DNA of 64,000 nt from a bacterium (GCA_965209155.1 OZ242383.1:32001-96000); one strand, 5' to 3'. Numbered from the stretch's first letter, positions 19,228-29,402 are shown. Program-made: numbers and translations. The notes: generated from the sequence alone by a model not told the origin.

Positions 19228-21050
19228 TGATGTTTACGAAACTCGAGGGCACTCTGATGTCGATGCGGGAATCACCAGATACACGATTCCGGTACACTAT
19301 CTGGTTTGATTATACACGTGAAGCGATTAATGAAATCCAGGAAGGGACAATGCTGGCGGTGGCGAATTTTGGTACAGATGCAAAGTCTCGCCGCTGGTCC
19401 ATTTTGGAAGTTACCTCAGTGATGCCTTCACATTTTGCCTTGCAGAGTGGAAACTCGGGTTATCCGGGGTTTGTTGTTGAAGCTGCCCGCAGCGCGGCCC
19501 AAGATTGGGAGTCTCAGGAAAAAGAATCTACGGAGGAAACGACGAAAATAGAAGCTGCTGCAATTCCGACGCTATTGGAAATAGTCGAACCGGAATCTTA
19601 CGACAACGATACATCCTTTGATATTGGACCAGAGACGAACATGGCAATGGTTGGATCGAAAGTTCGTGCTCTCGACAGTAAAACAACAAATCTGATTGCC
19701 AACAATGGAATCGATCAAAAAATTGAAGAAAACATCACCAAAATCGGAACACTCGCACGTGACCCACAGGTTGAGATTCTGATGCGAATTGACGAATTGC
19801 TTCGTACTCATTTTGCAATTTTCGGCTTTACTGGAGTGGGAAAATCCAATCTTTTATCTACCATAGTGGCAAAAATTTTTAAATCAGCAAAAGAGCCAGT
19901 TAAGTTGGTTTTCTTTGATTTAATGAGTGAATACACTGGCCTGCTAATTGATCAACTTCTTTCAGACGAGGTTGATGGACGTCTTCTTACTATTGGCAGG
20001 AATACTCTACCTGAAGGAACTTTCAAGTATATTAATGAGCTAGATGACTCGCCAACTGATAAAGAGGCTACAAAGCAATTCTTAAGATATACACTTCTTC
20101 CTAAAGCCCTTCTGGGTAGCCGTAGGGAGATGGCGTGGGGACTTCTTGATTTTATTAAGGGTAAAAAATTACGCTACTTTAATGAATCGAAAAGTGTAAA
20201 TGTTTTTGATCTATTCTTCACTAGCAATGTGGTTACTTGGACAAAAGAGAGACGGCAGACGAAGTTTAAAAATCGATCGGAGGTGACCAAGAAAGCATTG
20301 AGAGAATCGAACATCCAGAATTATAAAGAAACCCGTTTTAGCCCAGACTTAGCGAAGCGGATTAAGGAAAAATTGCAGGAACTTCTTGAACAGCAAGAAT
20401 ATGTCGAATTCCAAGAGGACTTTACAAATCATATTTCCAAACTTGAAGAACTTGAACGATCAACAGCCGAGAACCTGGCTGCGAGTACAACACTGCCTGA
20501 AATCATAGATGATTTAAATGACAAAACCCACCATTCTCTCTGGATCATCCAATCTCACAACCCTGACGATCTGAGAGAGTTTTCGCATAATCTTGGAAAT
20601 GAACTATATGAGAGCCGAAGACTAAATGGTGTCATTGATCCAACAGTCGGTTTCATTTTTGACGAGGCTGATGAATTTATCCGTCAGCGCGGCTCGGACA
20701 GCTATGAACGGTCGGCTAAGATTGCCGAAATAATCGCGCGGCGCGGAAGGAAATTTGGGATTGGGCTTGGCATTGCAACCCAACGGATACGCTATCTCGA
20801 AACCAACATCATGTCCCAGCCGCATACCTATTTTATCTCAAAGTTGCCGAGAGCCACCGACCAAGAAGCCGTTTCTGAGGCATTTGGTTTTGGCAATGAG
20901 ATTCTGAACCAGACATTTAAGTTTGGGAAAGGACAATGGCTTCTGGTCAGCCACGACGCGACCGGTCTTGAGGCAGTTCCTCTGCCTGTAAAGACCGAAG
21001 ATGCAAACGAGCGCGTCGCGTCTTTTCTGAATTTAAAGTACAAAAAATAA
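19227..21050 (+). CDS. herA: HerA-family ATPase/helicase
   Basis: HAS-barrel-like N-terminus, THFAIFGFTGVGKSN (Walker A), FFDLMSEY, FIFDEADEF (Walker B), ARRGRKFGIGLGIATQR. Confidence 0.88.
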   Translation: MMFTKLEGTLMSMRESPDTRFRYTIWFDYTREAINEIQEGTMLAVANFGTDAKSRRWSILEVTSVMPSHFALQSGNSGYPGFVVEAARSAAQDWESQEKESTEETTKIEAAAIPTLLEIVEPESYDNDTSFDIGPETNMAMVGSKVRALDSKTTNLIANNGIDQKIEENITKIGTLARDPQVEILMRIDELLRTHFAIFGFTGVGKSNLLSTIVAKIFKSAKEPVKLVFFDLMSEYTGLLIDQLLSDEVDGRLLTIGRNTLPEGTFKYINELDDSPTDKEATKQFLRYTLLPKALLGSRREMAWGLLDFIKGKKLRYFNESKSVNVFDLFFTSNVVTWTKERRQTKFKNRSEVTKKALRESNIQNYKETRFSPDLAKRIKEKLQELLEQQEYVEFQEDFTNHISKLEELERSTAENLAASTTLPEIIDDLNDKTHHSLWIIQSHNPDDLREFSHNLGNELYESRRLNGVIDPTVGFIFDEADEFIRQRGSDSYERSAKIAEIIARRGRKFGIGLGIATQRIRYLETNIMSQPHTYFISKLPRATDQEAVSEAFGFGNEILNQTFKFGKGQWLLVSHDATGLEAVPLPVKTEDANERVASFLNLKYKK

Positions 21051-21118
21051 GGGAATTATATACAAAGTTAACCACGGATTCACACACTTGACATCCCAAC
21101 GTAAAGAGTAATCACGGC

Positions 21119-21277
21119 CTACTCTTTACTTTCTTCCTTCTGCATAAATTTCCATTGATCAGAACGCCGGGGCGGGGATTTTAAAAACACAGTTATGATC
21201 TCGTCTGCCGTTGCGTTAATCTTTTCCGGCATCGGCTTGGCGGGTCTTCCTACTTTTTTCTTCTCTTTTGTTTTCAT
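21119..21277 (-). CDS. Small passenger protein of IS1595
   Basis: 52-aa basic ORF with RBS CAGGAG, inside the IRs. Confidence 0.55.
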   Translation of the reverse strand: MKTKEKKKVGRPAKPMPEKINATADEIITVFLKSPPRRSDQWKFMQKEESKE

Positions 21278-21352
21278 TTTAAATCTCCTGATATATTGTT
21301 GACATTCCTTCACAATCAAGTAGCTAATCTGATCATGCAGGAATGCAAATAT

Positions 21353-22285
21353 TCAAGCTATCAGATTTTTATACTTAAGCCGTTTTCCTTCCATGCCTTT
21401 GGCCATTGATTCGATTTGTGCCAGGGTATCAAGCTCTCGCTGATTTTGCCTACCAGCAAATTCCTTAACATAGCGATCCAAATGCTTGGCACTCATTTTG
21501 TGATATGTCCCTTTGTGTCCCCTTTTGAGCATACTCCAGAAGGAATCAATACCAGCAGTATGGACATCTCCTCTCACGTATTCATCGTGGCTATGCCGGA
21601 CAGATTCATGATTAGGAAGCCCCTTATAAACGGTAGCTTCGTCTGTATAAATCATGGAATTTTGTTTTACATATTCCTGGATCATCTTCTCAATAACCGG
21701 CTTCTTTGTATCTTCCGTTGCGGTGGCTACCACTTGTCCGGTCTCTCGATCCTTAATACCTACAACTGGGGATTTGCCAACCGTACCCCGTCCCTCTTTC
21801 TTCTTTTTAGACTCATGTTTCAGAGATTCCTTACCCCCTACATAAGTCTCGTCCATTTCAACCGGACCATTAAAAAGAGGTTTGTTATTATTCCAGCATT
21901 CCCGGATTCTATGATTGACAAACCATGCCGTTTTTTGAGTAAATCCCAATTCCCGGTATAGCTTCATACTGGCAACCCCTTTGATATTCGTGGCCATCAG
22001 ATAGAAAGCGAAAGCCCACTTCCGGTAACCAATTTTAGAAGCTTCCATAGCCGTTCCGGTCTTCACTGAAAAAAACTTCCTACAATCTTTACAACGAAAC
22101 GGCATCGGATTTTTAGAATTTTCATACTTTATAATTCGCTCGCTTTCACAATGTGCACATCGTATCCCATCAGGCCATCGCTTATCAATGAACATTTTTT
22201 CAGCCGTCTTGTCATCTGGGAACATGTCCATCAGTTCCAAAACCGTGATGCCTTTTCTGTGATTTTTTCCGGGTGCTTCTGCCAT
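21353..22285 (-). CDS. IS1595 transposase
   Basis: Zn ribbon CAHC..CKDC, VEMDETYVGG, IYTDE, HTAGIDSFWS. Confidence 0.93.
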   Translation of the reverse strand: MAEAPGKNHRKGITVLELMDMFPDDKTAEKMFIDKRWPDGIRCAHCESERIIKYENSKNPMPFRCKDCRKFFSVKTGTAMEASKIGYRKWAFAFYLMATNIKGVASMKLYRELGFTQKTAWFVNHRIRECWNNNKPLFNGPVEMDETYVGGKESLKHESKKKKEGRGTVGKSPVVGIKDRETGQVVATATEDTKKPVIEKMIQEYVKQNSMIYTDEATVYKGLPNHESVRHSHDEYVRGDVHTAGIDSFWSMLKRGHKGTYHKMSAKHLDRYVKEFAGRQNQRELDTLAQIESMAKGMEGKRLKYKNLIA

Positions 22286-22460
22286 TTTTCAACTCCATGA
22301 AAAGTTAATAATTTTAGAAGTATATTAACCAATAAATCACAGTCTGTCAACAAAAAAATGCGTTTTTATTCATTTTTGTTTATTATTTTTGGACTGGGAT
22401 TAGGCGAGGCGTAGCGCCCGGCCTGCAAATCCATGGTTAACTTTGTATATAATTCCCTAA

Positions 22461-22562
22461 AAAAATTGTAGTGCCAAGTGCTGAAGACTACACGCAAATG
22501 GGTTACCCTGATTTGTGGACGGAAAAGTGTTTTTTATCTGGGAAATTCCTCTAATGAGTGAC
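22461..22562 (+). repeat. Dispersed ~100-bp repeat (copies at 29231-29335 and partially at 25322-25375)
   Basis: Near-identical aaaaattgtagtgccaag...gtggacggaaaagtg...atgagtgac. Confidence 0.85.
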
Positions 22563-22597
22563 ACCGAAACTGCAGAAGGCACTGGATCTGGAGACAA

Positions 22598-23500
22598 TTA
22601 ACGAGATCTACTTTGCTTCTTTTCCAGATATTTCTGAATCTCTTCCAGAGAAAAGCGTTTGAGGACCTCATCGGTCGAATAGCGTTTGAGGACCTCATCG
22701 GTCGAAAAGCGTTTGAGGATCTCATCGGGCGTAAGTCCTTTCAGGCGATCATCGGTCGAAAACTGTTCGAGGATCTCATCGGGCGAAAGTCCTTTCAGGC
22801 GATCATCGGCCGAAAACTGTTCGAGGATCTCATCAGTCGTAAGCACCCCCAAATGATCACGCACATAATCTTTTTGAAAATCTTCCATCGTATAGGCCAT
22901 CTCTAATCCCTCCAATTGATAGTTCTCAAAGAGTTGATTTAATATCGTGCTGATTTCCCGGGTATGCCCACGGTATTGACGCGCGGCAAATTCCACTTCT
23001 CCAGGAATCCCACTGAATAAATGCCAAATCGCATTACGCTCCGCATGAGTGATCTCACTCAGTACAATCATCCGAATGAAGTCACTCCCCCGCTGAATCT
23101 CATAGACGCCCTCTTGGATCCCCTGGAACTCCACCTGGGCAGCGAGTTTTTGTGGATAACGGGAACTCACGCCATAGAGTTGAAATTCTTCTTCAGGTAA
23201 CAGGTTCTGAAACGAAGGACTGATCTGCTTGCGATAATTCACATAATGCCCGGTCAGTTCTTTCAAGGCCCAATCATCAAAGGGCTCCCTCAGAGATTTG
23301 TAACTGAGCAAATTGTATTGCCTCAGATTGTCCAAGCCATCCGGCAAGGGCTCGATCAGGTGGCCTGTCGCTTTCCTCAGAATGACGACATCCAGCAGCT
23401 GTCTTTTGAGAGACAGATCCTTTTCCAACTCTACAACCCAGGTGGAATCGGTAAAAAAATCGGTAAGCGCCAAGCCAAAGAGGCGATGCCAGTTGATCAT
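22598..23500 (-). CDS. Rpn-like PD-(D/E)XK protein with C-terminal tandem repeats
   Basis: VELEKDLSLKRQLLDVVILR...LLSYKS nuclease-like core; tail of (S/T)(T/P)DE(I/V)L and DDRLKGL repeats built from 27/54-bp DNA units. Confidence 0.65.
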   Translation of the reverse strand: MINWHRLFGLALTDFFTDSTWVVELEKDLSLKRQLLDVVILRKATGHLIEPLPDGLDNLRQYNLLSYKSLREPFDDWALKELTGHYVNYRKQISPSFQNLLPEEEFQLYGVSSRYPQKLAAQVEFQGIQEGVYEIQRGSDFIRMIVLSEITHAERNAIWHLFSGIPGEVEFAARQYRGHTREISTILNQLFENYQLEGLEMAYTMEDFQKDYVRDHLGVLTTDEILEQFSADDRLKGLSPDEILEQFSTDDRLKGLTPDEILKRFSTDEVLKRYSTDEVLKRFSLEEIQKYLEKKQSRSR

Positions 23501-23885
23501 TTTCCTTTCATCGGTTGCATGACAAAATACATTGGATTGTCATTTAATGATGCCAATCTATAGAAAAACGCGCAAGTGTGAAAGTTGGAGTTTATGACCC
23601 TTTTGGCAGGGCATATTCCTTGATCGGCCGGAATCGCTGTCCAACAAAGTGCGGAATACGCAAATAATTAAGCGATATCCAATTTGATGCGCTACTCACT
23701 GGTGTTTCGGAGTTCTCCAGTTTTGATATTTCACAAAAGGAACATATTTTAAATATGATCAGTGAGAACCTGAAAAGCGGTAACTGATTTGGGTTATCTC
23801 AAGGGAAGGGGAAAATCATGGACAAGGAGCAAATCAGCGTAGAATAATTTGTTCGGCATGTAGATAAGAAATTCTATCATTTTTC

Positions 23886-23914
23886 TTGACTCAACTAATC
23901 CATTGGATTACTAT
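23886..23914 (+). promoter_or_regulatory. sigma70 promoter with palindromic operator for the TA operon
   Basis: TTGACT-17 nt-TACTAT; perfect IR taatcca-t-tggatta at 23896-23910. Confidence 0.7.
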
Positions 23915-23920
23915 GTTTGT

Positions 23921-24265
23921 ATGTATATTACAATCGTTGAGTTACCGGAGTATATCAAACGTGCTGAAGTGCTTTTAGGTGAAAAAGAAAGAGATGATCT
24001 GATTGATTATCTTTCCACTCATCCAAAAGCAGGAGCTATCATGCAAGGTACTGGTGGAATTAGGAAAATTCGATGGACACGTCAAGGCACAGGAAAAATT
24101 GGGGGAGTCAGAATTATTTATTATTTTCATGATGAGACCCTCCCCTTATTCTTACTCACCATTTTTGGTAAAAATGAAAAAGAGAATCTCAGTCGAGCTG
24201 AGCGAAATGCTTTGGCTAAATTAACGAAATCAATTCTTCAATCTTATAAGAGGAAAAATGAGTAA
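23921..24265 (+). CDS. RelE/HigB-family toxin
   Basis: P.AG..MQGTGGIRKIRW...GK.GGVRIIYY...LFLLTIFGKNEKENLS. Confidence 0.92.
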   Translation: MYITIVELPEYIKRAEVLLGEKERDDLIDYLSTHPKAGAIMQGTGGIRKIRWTRQGTGKIGGVRIIYYFHDETLPLFLLTIFGKNEKENLSRAERNALAKLTKSILQSYKRKNE

Positions 24266-24542
24266 AGCTTTTGATACCATCCAAAAGGGTCTCCAGGAAG
24301 CCTTAGATTATGCGCAAGGAAATGAAAAAGGAGGAAAAGTTTACCATCCCTCTAAAGTCGATGTAAAAGCGATTCGAAAGAAAGCTCAAATGACACAAAA
24401 CGAGTTTGCAGCAACCTTTGGAATCAGTTTAGGCACTCTCCGTCATTGGGAAAGAGGAGACCGAATCCCTCGTGGTCCAGCATTAGTCTTACTCCATATT
24501 ATCGATAAATCTCCGCAAACCGTTCTGAACTTATTATCCTAA
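24258..24542 (+). CDS. HigA-type XRE HTH antitoxin
   Basis: DVKAIRK...MTQNEFA..FGISLGTLRHWERG.R.P.GPA; overlaps the toxin stop. Confidence 0.92.
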   Translation: MSKAFDTIQKGLQEALDYAQGNEKGGKVYHPSKVDVKAIRKKAQMTQNEFAATFGISLGTLRHWERGDRIPRGPALVLLHIIDKSPQTVLNLLS

Positions 24543-24590
24543 CCGTCTATTTCTTTTATCATCATTGTACTAAGGTAGGCCGAACAAAAA

Positions 24591-25181
24591 GGGGGCTGGC
24601 TTGAAAATTTGGAATATTAGCGTAATTTTTTCTTTAAATCGATTTGACATTCCTTCTCACTGGTTTCTGAAGATGGCTCGTCAACCACGCCTTTACTATC
24701 CTGGTGCTTTTTACCCTATGATTCTTCGTGGAAATGGAGGGCCACCCATTTTTTCGGTCCCCCCGACTACCGACCATTTTATGACTTGCACCAAGAAGGT
24801 TCCCAACGCTTTGATCACCGAATTCACGCTTTTTGATTAATGAGCAATCAAACATGTCCCTCCCTGTTCTCCTCCTCTTTCAGGACGGATCATTCATCAA
24901 GTGGCTCGAGTTTATCAACTACAGGAGCAGGAATTAAGCAGTGCCGGGCAGTCGCGAAAGTTGAGTGAAGCCCGTGCGATGATTGGCATGTTGGCTTTCG
25001 ACTGGAAGTCCGCAACGATTCGTGAGGTTGGAAGGGTTTTCAATCGAGATGATTCGACGATCCGCTTTGCCGTGCACCGGTTGAGAGGACGATTGAAGGA
25101 ATGCGAGGGTCTCCAAAATCAATTAGAGGAACTGAAACGTCAAATACTTGCTTGAATTTCCAATCTTTCAGGCCTGACCCC
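24591..25181 (+). mobile_element. Internally deleted RAYT/Y1-transposase derivative, copy 1
   Basis: MARQPRLYYPGAFY..ILRGN start, C-terminal HTH tail; ends gggggctggcttgaaa / tttcaggcctgacccc. Confidence 0.8.
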
Positions 25182-25441
25182 ATTCTTTATCCCTGAGTTA
25201 CAGGGTTCATCAATTGAGGAAACGGATAAAGCAATCCAGTAACCTACAAGATCAACCCGAAACTCTCCAGATTCGATTCTTTGCTTGAATATCCAAACAT
25301 CCTTGCCTGTCCCCTTTCCTTATTTGTGGACGGAAAAGTGTTTTTTATCTTGGAAATTCCTCTATGAGTGACCCCGTTTTAGAATTGTTTTCTGCATCTA
25401 TGAGAGCAGGAAAGAGTCCAAAATCAAAGAAGTAGTGACAT

Positions 25442-25834
25442 CTAAACATTCTCATAGGAGAGTATATAGTGATGTCCACCAGACTCATCGACATCTATTG
25501 TCATTGATCCCTTAATACCTGTCATCTCCTCTTTGCCCGTACCCGGTACAACTTCGAGGATGAGTGAATCCTTTCCATCTTCCATTTTGCCACAGTGCAT
25601 GAGAGTGAATGCACCCTTCTTGCCATCAAGCTCGCCTTGAAATCGCTCAATGACGACATAGCCACCGTTACCTTCTGCTGGTGAGCCTATACTGCTGAGC
25701 ATCTCTCCATAACTATGTCCACTTAGTGCGCCATCAAAAGTCTTGTCTATTGTCATTCGAGCACAACCCTCTTGGTTTTTAAAGAATTCTTTCGGTTTTA
25801 AATCTGGATTAAAAGTGCCTTTTGCTGTTTTCAT
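25442..25834 (-). CDS. DUF3224-family protein
   Basis: KTFDG.LSG.S.GEML, GYV.IERF.G.LDGKKG.F.L.H, VVPGTG..E.TGI.G. Confidence 0.85.
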   Translation of the reverse strand: MKTAKGTFNPDLKPKEFFKNQEGCARMTIDKTFDGALSGHSYGEMLSSIGSPAEGNGGYVVIERFQGELDGKKGAFTLMHCGKMEDGKDSLILEVVPGTGKEEMTGIKGSMTIDVDESGGHHYILSYENV

Positions 25835-26094
25835 ATTGTTTCTTCCATGCTTGTTATATCCTAAGTTGAGCGATTCGTAATAAAAAAAGCTCCCAACCTT
25901 GGGAAAAATATGTTATATTTCAGTGGCTAACACAAAAACATTCACAAAATCTAACACATCCCAACAGGTAGAAATCTTTATGGAAAAAGATATAACAGTT
26001 CAGGATAAAAAGAAACAGATAATTGATACCATTCCGCCAACCACTGATTGGCGGACTTTCATTTCTTCGGGAAAGAGGAAGATCTGGCAAAAAA

Positions 26095-26927
26095 GGAGTC
26101 TGGCTTGAAAGTTTGGAAAATTAGCGTTTTTTTACTTCAAATCGATTTGACTTTCCTTTTCGCTGGTTTCTGAAAATGGCTCGTCAACCACGCCTTTACT
26201 ATCCTGGTGCGCTTTATCATGTGATGCTACGTGGCAATGGAGGGCAATCCATTTTTTTCAGTCCCCCCGACAGCAGGAATTAACCCGAGTTCGACATAAA
26301 TCTTCAATAATAGGAGTATCCTGGCTTATATGTCATTCCGGGCGAAGACGAGGAGAAGAACAGGGGGCATGCCGTAATCCCGATTTCAGTCTGGCTGCAT
26401 ACCTCTGGATTCCTGGTCTGGGCCAGGAATGACACAAAGGCTTACTGGATTCCTAGTCTGGGCCAGGAATGACACAAGGGGAAGGCACAAAGGCACAAAG
26501 GCACAAAGGCTCAAAGGCACAGAGGCAGACTGGATTCCTGGTCTGGGCCAGGAATGACACGGTTTCTCTGTAGTCACGAAAGTGGAATCCCGATTTCAGT
26601 CTGGTTGCATAACCCTGGATTCCTGATTAAGCCAAGAATGACACAAAAGGCAGAATGGAGTCCTGCTCAAGCCTGGAATGACACGATTACTCTGCAGTCA
26701 TGAAAGTCGAGTGAAGCCCGCGCGATGATTGGCCTGTTGGCTTTCGATTGGATGTCCGCAACGATTCGGGAGGTCGGAAACGATTTCAATCGAGATGATT
26801 CGACGATCCGCTTTGCAGTGCACCGGTTGAGAGGACGATTGAAGGAATGCGAGGGTCTCCAAAATCAATTAGAGGAACTGAAACGTCAAATACTTGCTTG
26901 ATCATTCAAACTTTCAAGCCTGACCCC
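26095..26927 (+). mobile_element. RAYT-derived element, copy 2, with its middle replaced by a REP cluster
   Basis: Matches copy 1 at 26095-26270 and about 26702-26927; ends caaactttcaagcctgacccc. Confidence 0.75.
26331..26683. repeat. REP-like hairpins plus AAAGGCAC 8-mer tract (inverted relative of 13811-14307)
   Basis: ctggattcctggtctgggccaggaatgacac units and an (aaaggcac)n run. Confidence 0.88.
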
Positions 26928-26979
26928 ATTTACGATATTTTTATCCGAAATTTTCCCCAGCAAAGAATGGTCAGGACAT

Positions 26980-27447
26980 TTACTTGTCGCAAATTTAAAT
27001 GCTTTCGCTTTCGATTTTGTGACACGACAAAAAGTACAGGGTCAAAATTTGAATTTGTTCCTGATTGAGCAACTTCCAGTCATAGAGTCCGATGAGTATG
27101 AGCGCCGATTCGGCGAAAAGACAGCCCGCGAGTTGGTGCGTGACCACGTGCTGAGGCTCACCTACACCGCCCACGACATGGAAGCCTTCGCCCGCGACCT
27201 CGGTCACGACGGACCTCCGTTCATCTGGAACGAAGAAGAACGCCGCCACCTGCGCGCCCGTCTCGACGCGCTCTACTTCCACCTCTACGGTCTCAACCGG
27301 GAGGACGCCGCTTATATTCTCGACACCTTCCCTATCGTCCGCAAACAAGACGAAGCTGTGTTCGGTCGCTACCGCACCAAAACCATGATCCTCGCTTACA
27401 TGAACGCCCTCGCCGCCGGCGATACGGAGACGGTCGTGAAGGTTTAA
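26980..27447 (+). pseudogene. C-terminal remnant of a type IIG (Eco57I-like) RM enzyme
   Basis: NAFAFDFVTRQKVQG..LNLFLIEQLPV...ARLDALYFHLYGL..ED..YILDTFPIV; no N-terminus. Confidence 0.8.
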
Positions 27448-27504
27448 GCGAACCTGATTTCGAGATAAGAATTCAATAAATTCAATATGTTATGGGAAAT
27501 ATAC

Positions 27505-28043
27505 AGGGCAAATTATTGAGGATCATTTGAGTGAACTCTTGAGAATGAAAGCCAGAGCGATTCTCAGGGAAGCGTTGGAATTGGAGATGGAAGTATTCAT
27601 GAAGGAATATCAGTCCTATCGACTCTCGGATTGACGTCAGCGAGTGGTTCGTCATGGCTATCATCAAGACCGGGAGATTCAGACGAGAAAATTGATGAGG
27701 CAAAATATCCTAAAGCCACTCACTGCTTGATTAAAGATCAGGAGACCTTGATGGCCTTCTATGATTTCCCGGCAGAGCATTGGAGGCACCTGAGAACGAG
27801 CAATCCCATTGAATCCACCTTCGCTACTGTCAAACTGAGAACTGCAAAAGTCAGAGGCTGTTTCTCAAGAAATACCGTCTTAACGATGGCATTCAAATTA
27901 ATGGAATCTGCTCAGAAAAATTGGATCCGATTACACGGATATAAACGATTAGCCGAAGTGATAGAGGGAGTGAATTTGTCAATGGAATTCCTCAATACAG
28001 GATCGCCGCCTGAATTGCCATCCCCAGAATTTGACTATAACTC
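27505..28043 (+). mobile_element. IS256-family remnant (internal deletion, stop)
   Basis: RQRVVRHGY...REIQT fused to KYPKA..CL.KD...FYDFPAEHW.HLRTSNPIESTFATV. Confidence 0.85.
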
Positions 28044-28458
28044 GCAATGACCTTGGCGGCTTTGAAGGTAGTAACACAAAGGTAACAACACCGATTTTTG
28101 CAGTTCGACAAATCGGTTGTCACTCACTAATTGGGGAAATTCTGCGCGAAGATGACTAGAAACATATTCGCGATAATATGATTTCAACTCCCGATAATGG
28201 GATTGATGAAAATGAATCAAAATCGTCATGACTTCACTCGGAGATAAACTCGATGCTTTCAAACGCCGTTTTTCTCCATAGTGCCATTGTTGTCGATGTC
28301 ATCAGGGTAGAAATATTTGACAAAAATCATCGACATCACAGAAAAGTTCTAATAACTTATTCATGGTATCTCCTTGGATATGAGTGTTGTTTTATTTTTT
28401 ATTGCTCATATCCTTTTTCAGGAGGTACTGCAAAATCCTTATCTCGAACTCAGGCTAA
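28044..28458 (-). mobile_element. IS982-family remnant
   Basis: [23 protein letters not shown]...EFPQLVS.NRFVEL; end motif cttatctcgaactcaggctaa with an inverted relative near 27451. Confidence 0.75.
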
Positions 28459-28658
28459 ACATTCGCAAATCAATTACGGTTTTATTTGCAATTTCAAAAT
28501 AAATGATCAAACTGGGGAAGTTTTATTCCTTTTGATTAAAAACAAAAATTTTGCCGACTATATCCAGTGAGTAGAAAACGCAAATAATCGAAATCGGCAA
28601 AACCGATTACCAGAAAAAACCATATTTCATGGTTTTTAAATATTTTGAATGTTAAGCA

Positions 28659-29081
28659 ATGACAAACCGCGAAGAAGAATTATCCTGGGAAAACTTTTCT
28701 TCTTATGAAGAACAGCTTCAGCATGAAAAATGGCATGAGAAAAGGGCGGAAATCATATCTATTCAAAAGCGTTGTCAGTTTTGTGGAACGTCCGACCGCT
28801 TGCAAGTCCATCATAAACGTTACATTCGGGGTCGGGTGGCATGGGATTATGATAATTCCAATTTTGAACTTTTATGTGCCGATTGCCACGAAGAAAAACA
28901 CATTGAAGAAGAGGTCAAACGTGCCACACGCTATTTTTACAAAGGACGAGCATGGAGTAAGGAACAAATTGACGCAAAAGAACACTTGAAAGAAGAATTT
29001 ATTGATAACCTGTTGAATTGGATTATTCCAATTGTGCTGTTTCTTATATTCATTGTCTTTTTGTATTGGATAATCACATAA
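28659..29081 (+). CDS. HNH endonuclease with C-terminal transmembrane helix
   Basis: CQFCG...LQVHH..Y...NFELLCADCH...H; tail WIIPIVLFLIFIVFLYWII. Confidence 0.8.
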   Translation: MTNREEELSWENFSSYEEQLQHEKWHEKRAEIISIQKRCQFCGTSDRLQVHHKRYIRGRVAWDYDNSNFELLCADCHEEKHIEEEVKRATRYFYKGRAWSKEQIDAKEHLKEEFIDNLLNWIIPIVLFLIFIVFLYWIIT

Positions 29082-29230
29082 ATCTTATGGTCGTGACAAA
29101 GCCTCTTACATTTTCCTTATCACTGTGGTTATGAATTCATGTTTGGGGAAGCCTCAGTAGACGTGGATTTCGTCCATTGATCCATTTTGAAGAAATGACT
29201 CCAACTCTTGAAATAAATGGTGCGTTTATA

Positions 29231-29335
29231 AAAAATTGTAGTGCCAAGTGCTGAAGACTACACGCAAATGGGTTACCCTGATTTGTGGACGGAAAAGTGT
29301 TTTTTATCTTGCAAATTCCTCTAATGAGTGACCCC
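29231..29335 (+). repeat. Copy of the 22461-22562 repeat, ending TGACCCC
   Basis: Direct sequence identity. Confidence 0.85.
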
Positions 29336-29402
29336 ATTTTCGATTCACTATGTTTACTAACTTTGAATGCTACTTAAGATATTGTCATTCGCGCCAATCA
29401 TC

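Larger units (their letters stand above)
21051..22457 (-). mobile_element. IS1595-family insertion sequence
   Basis: 30-bp terminal IRs gggaattatatacaaagttaaccacggatt / aatccatggttaactttgtatataattccc (1 mismatch), enclosing a transposase and a passenger ORF. Confidence 0.92.

Noticed and set aside
25420..25880. Integron cassette around the DUF3224 gene
   Set aside because: Only a weak TTAG..TAAC resemblance; no convincing attC or integrase
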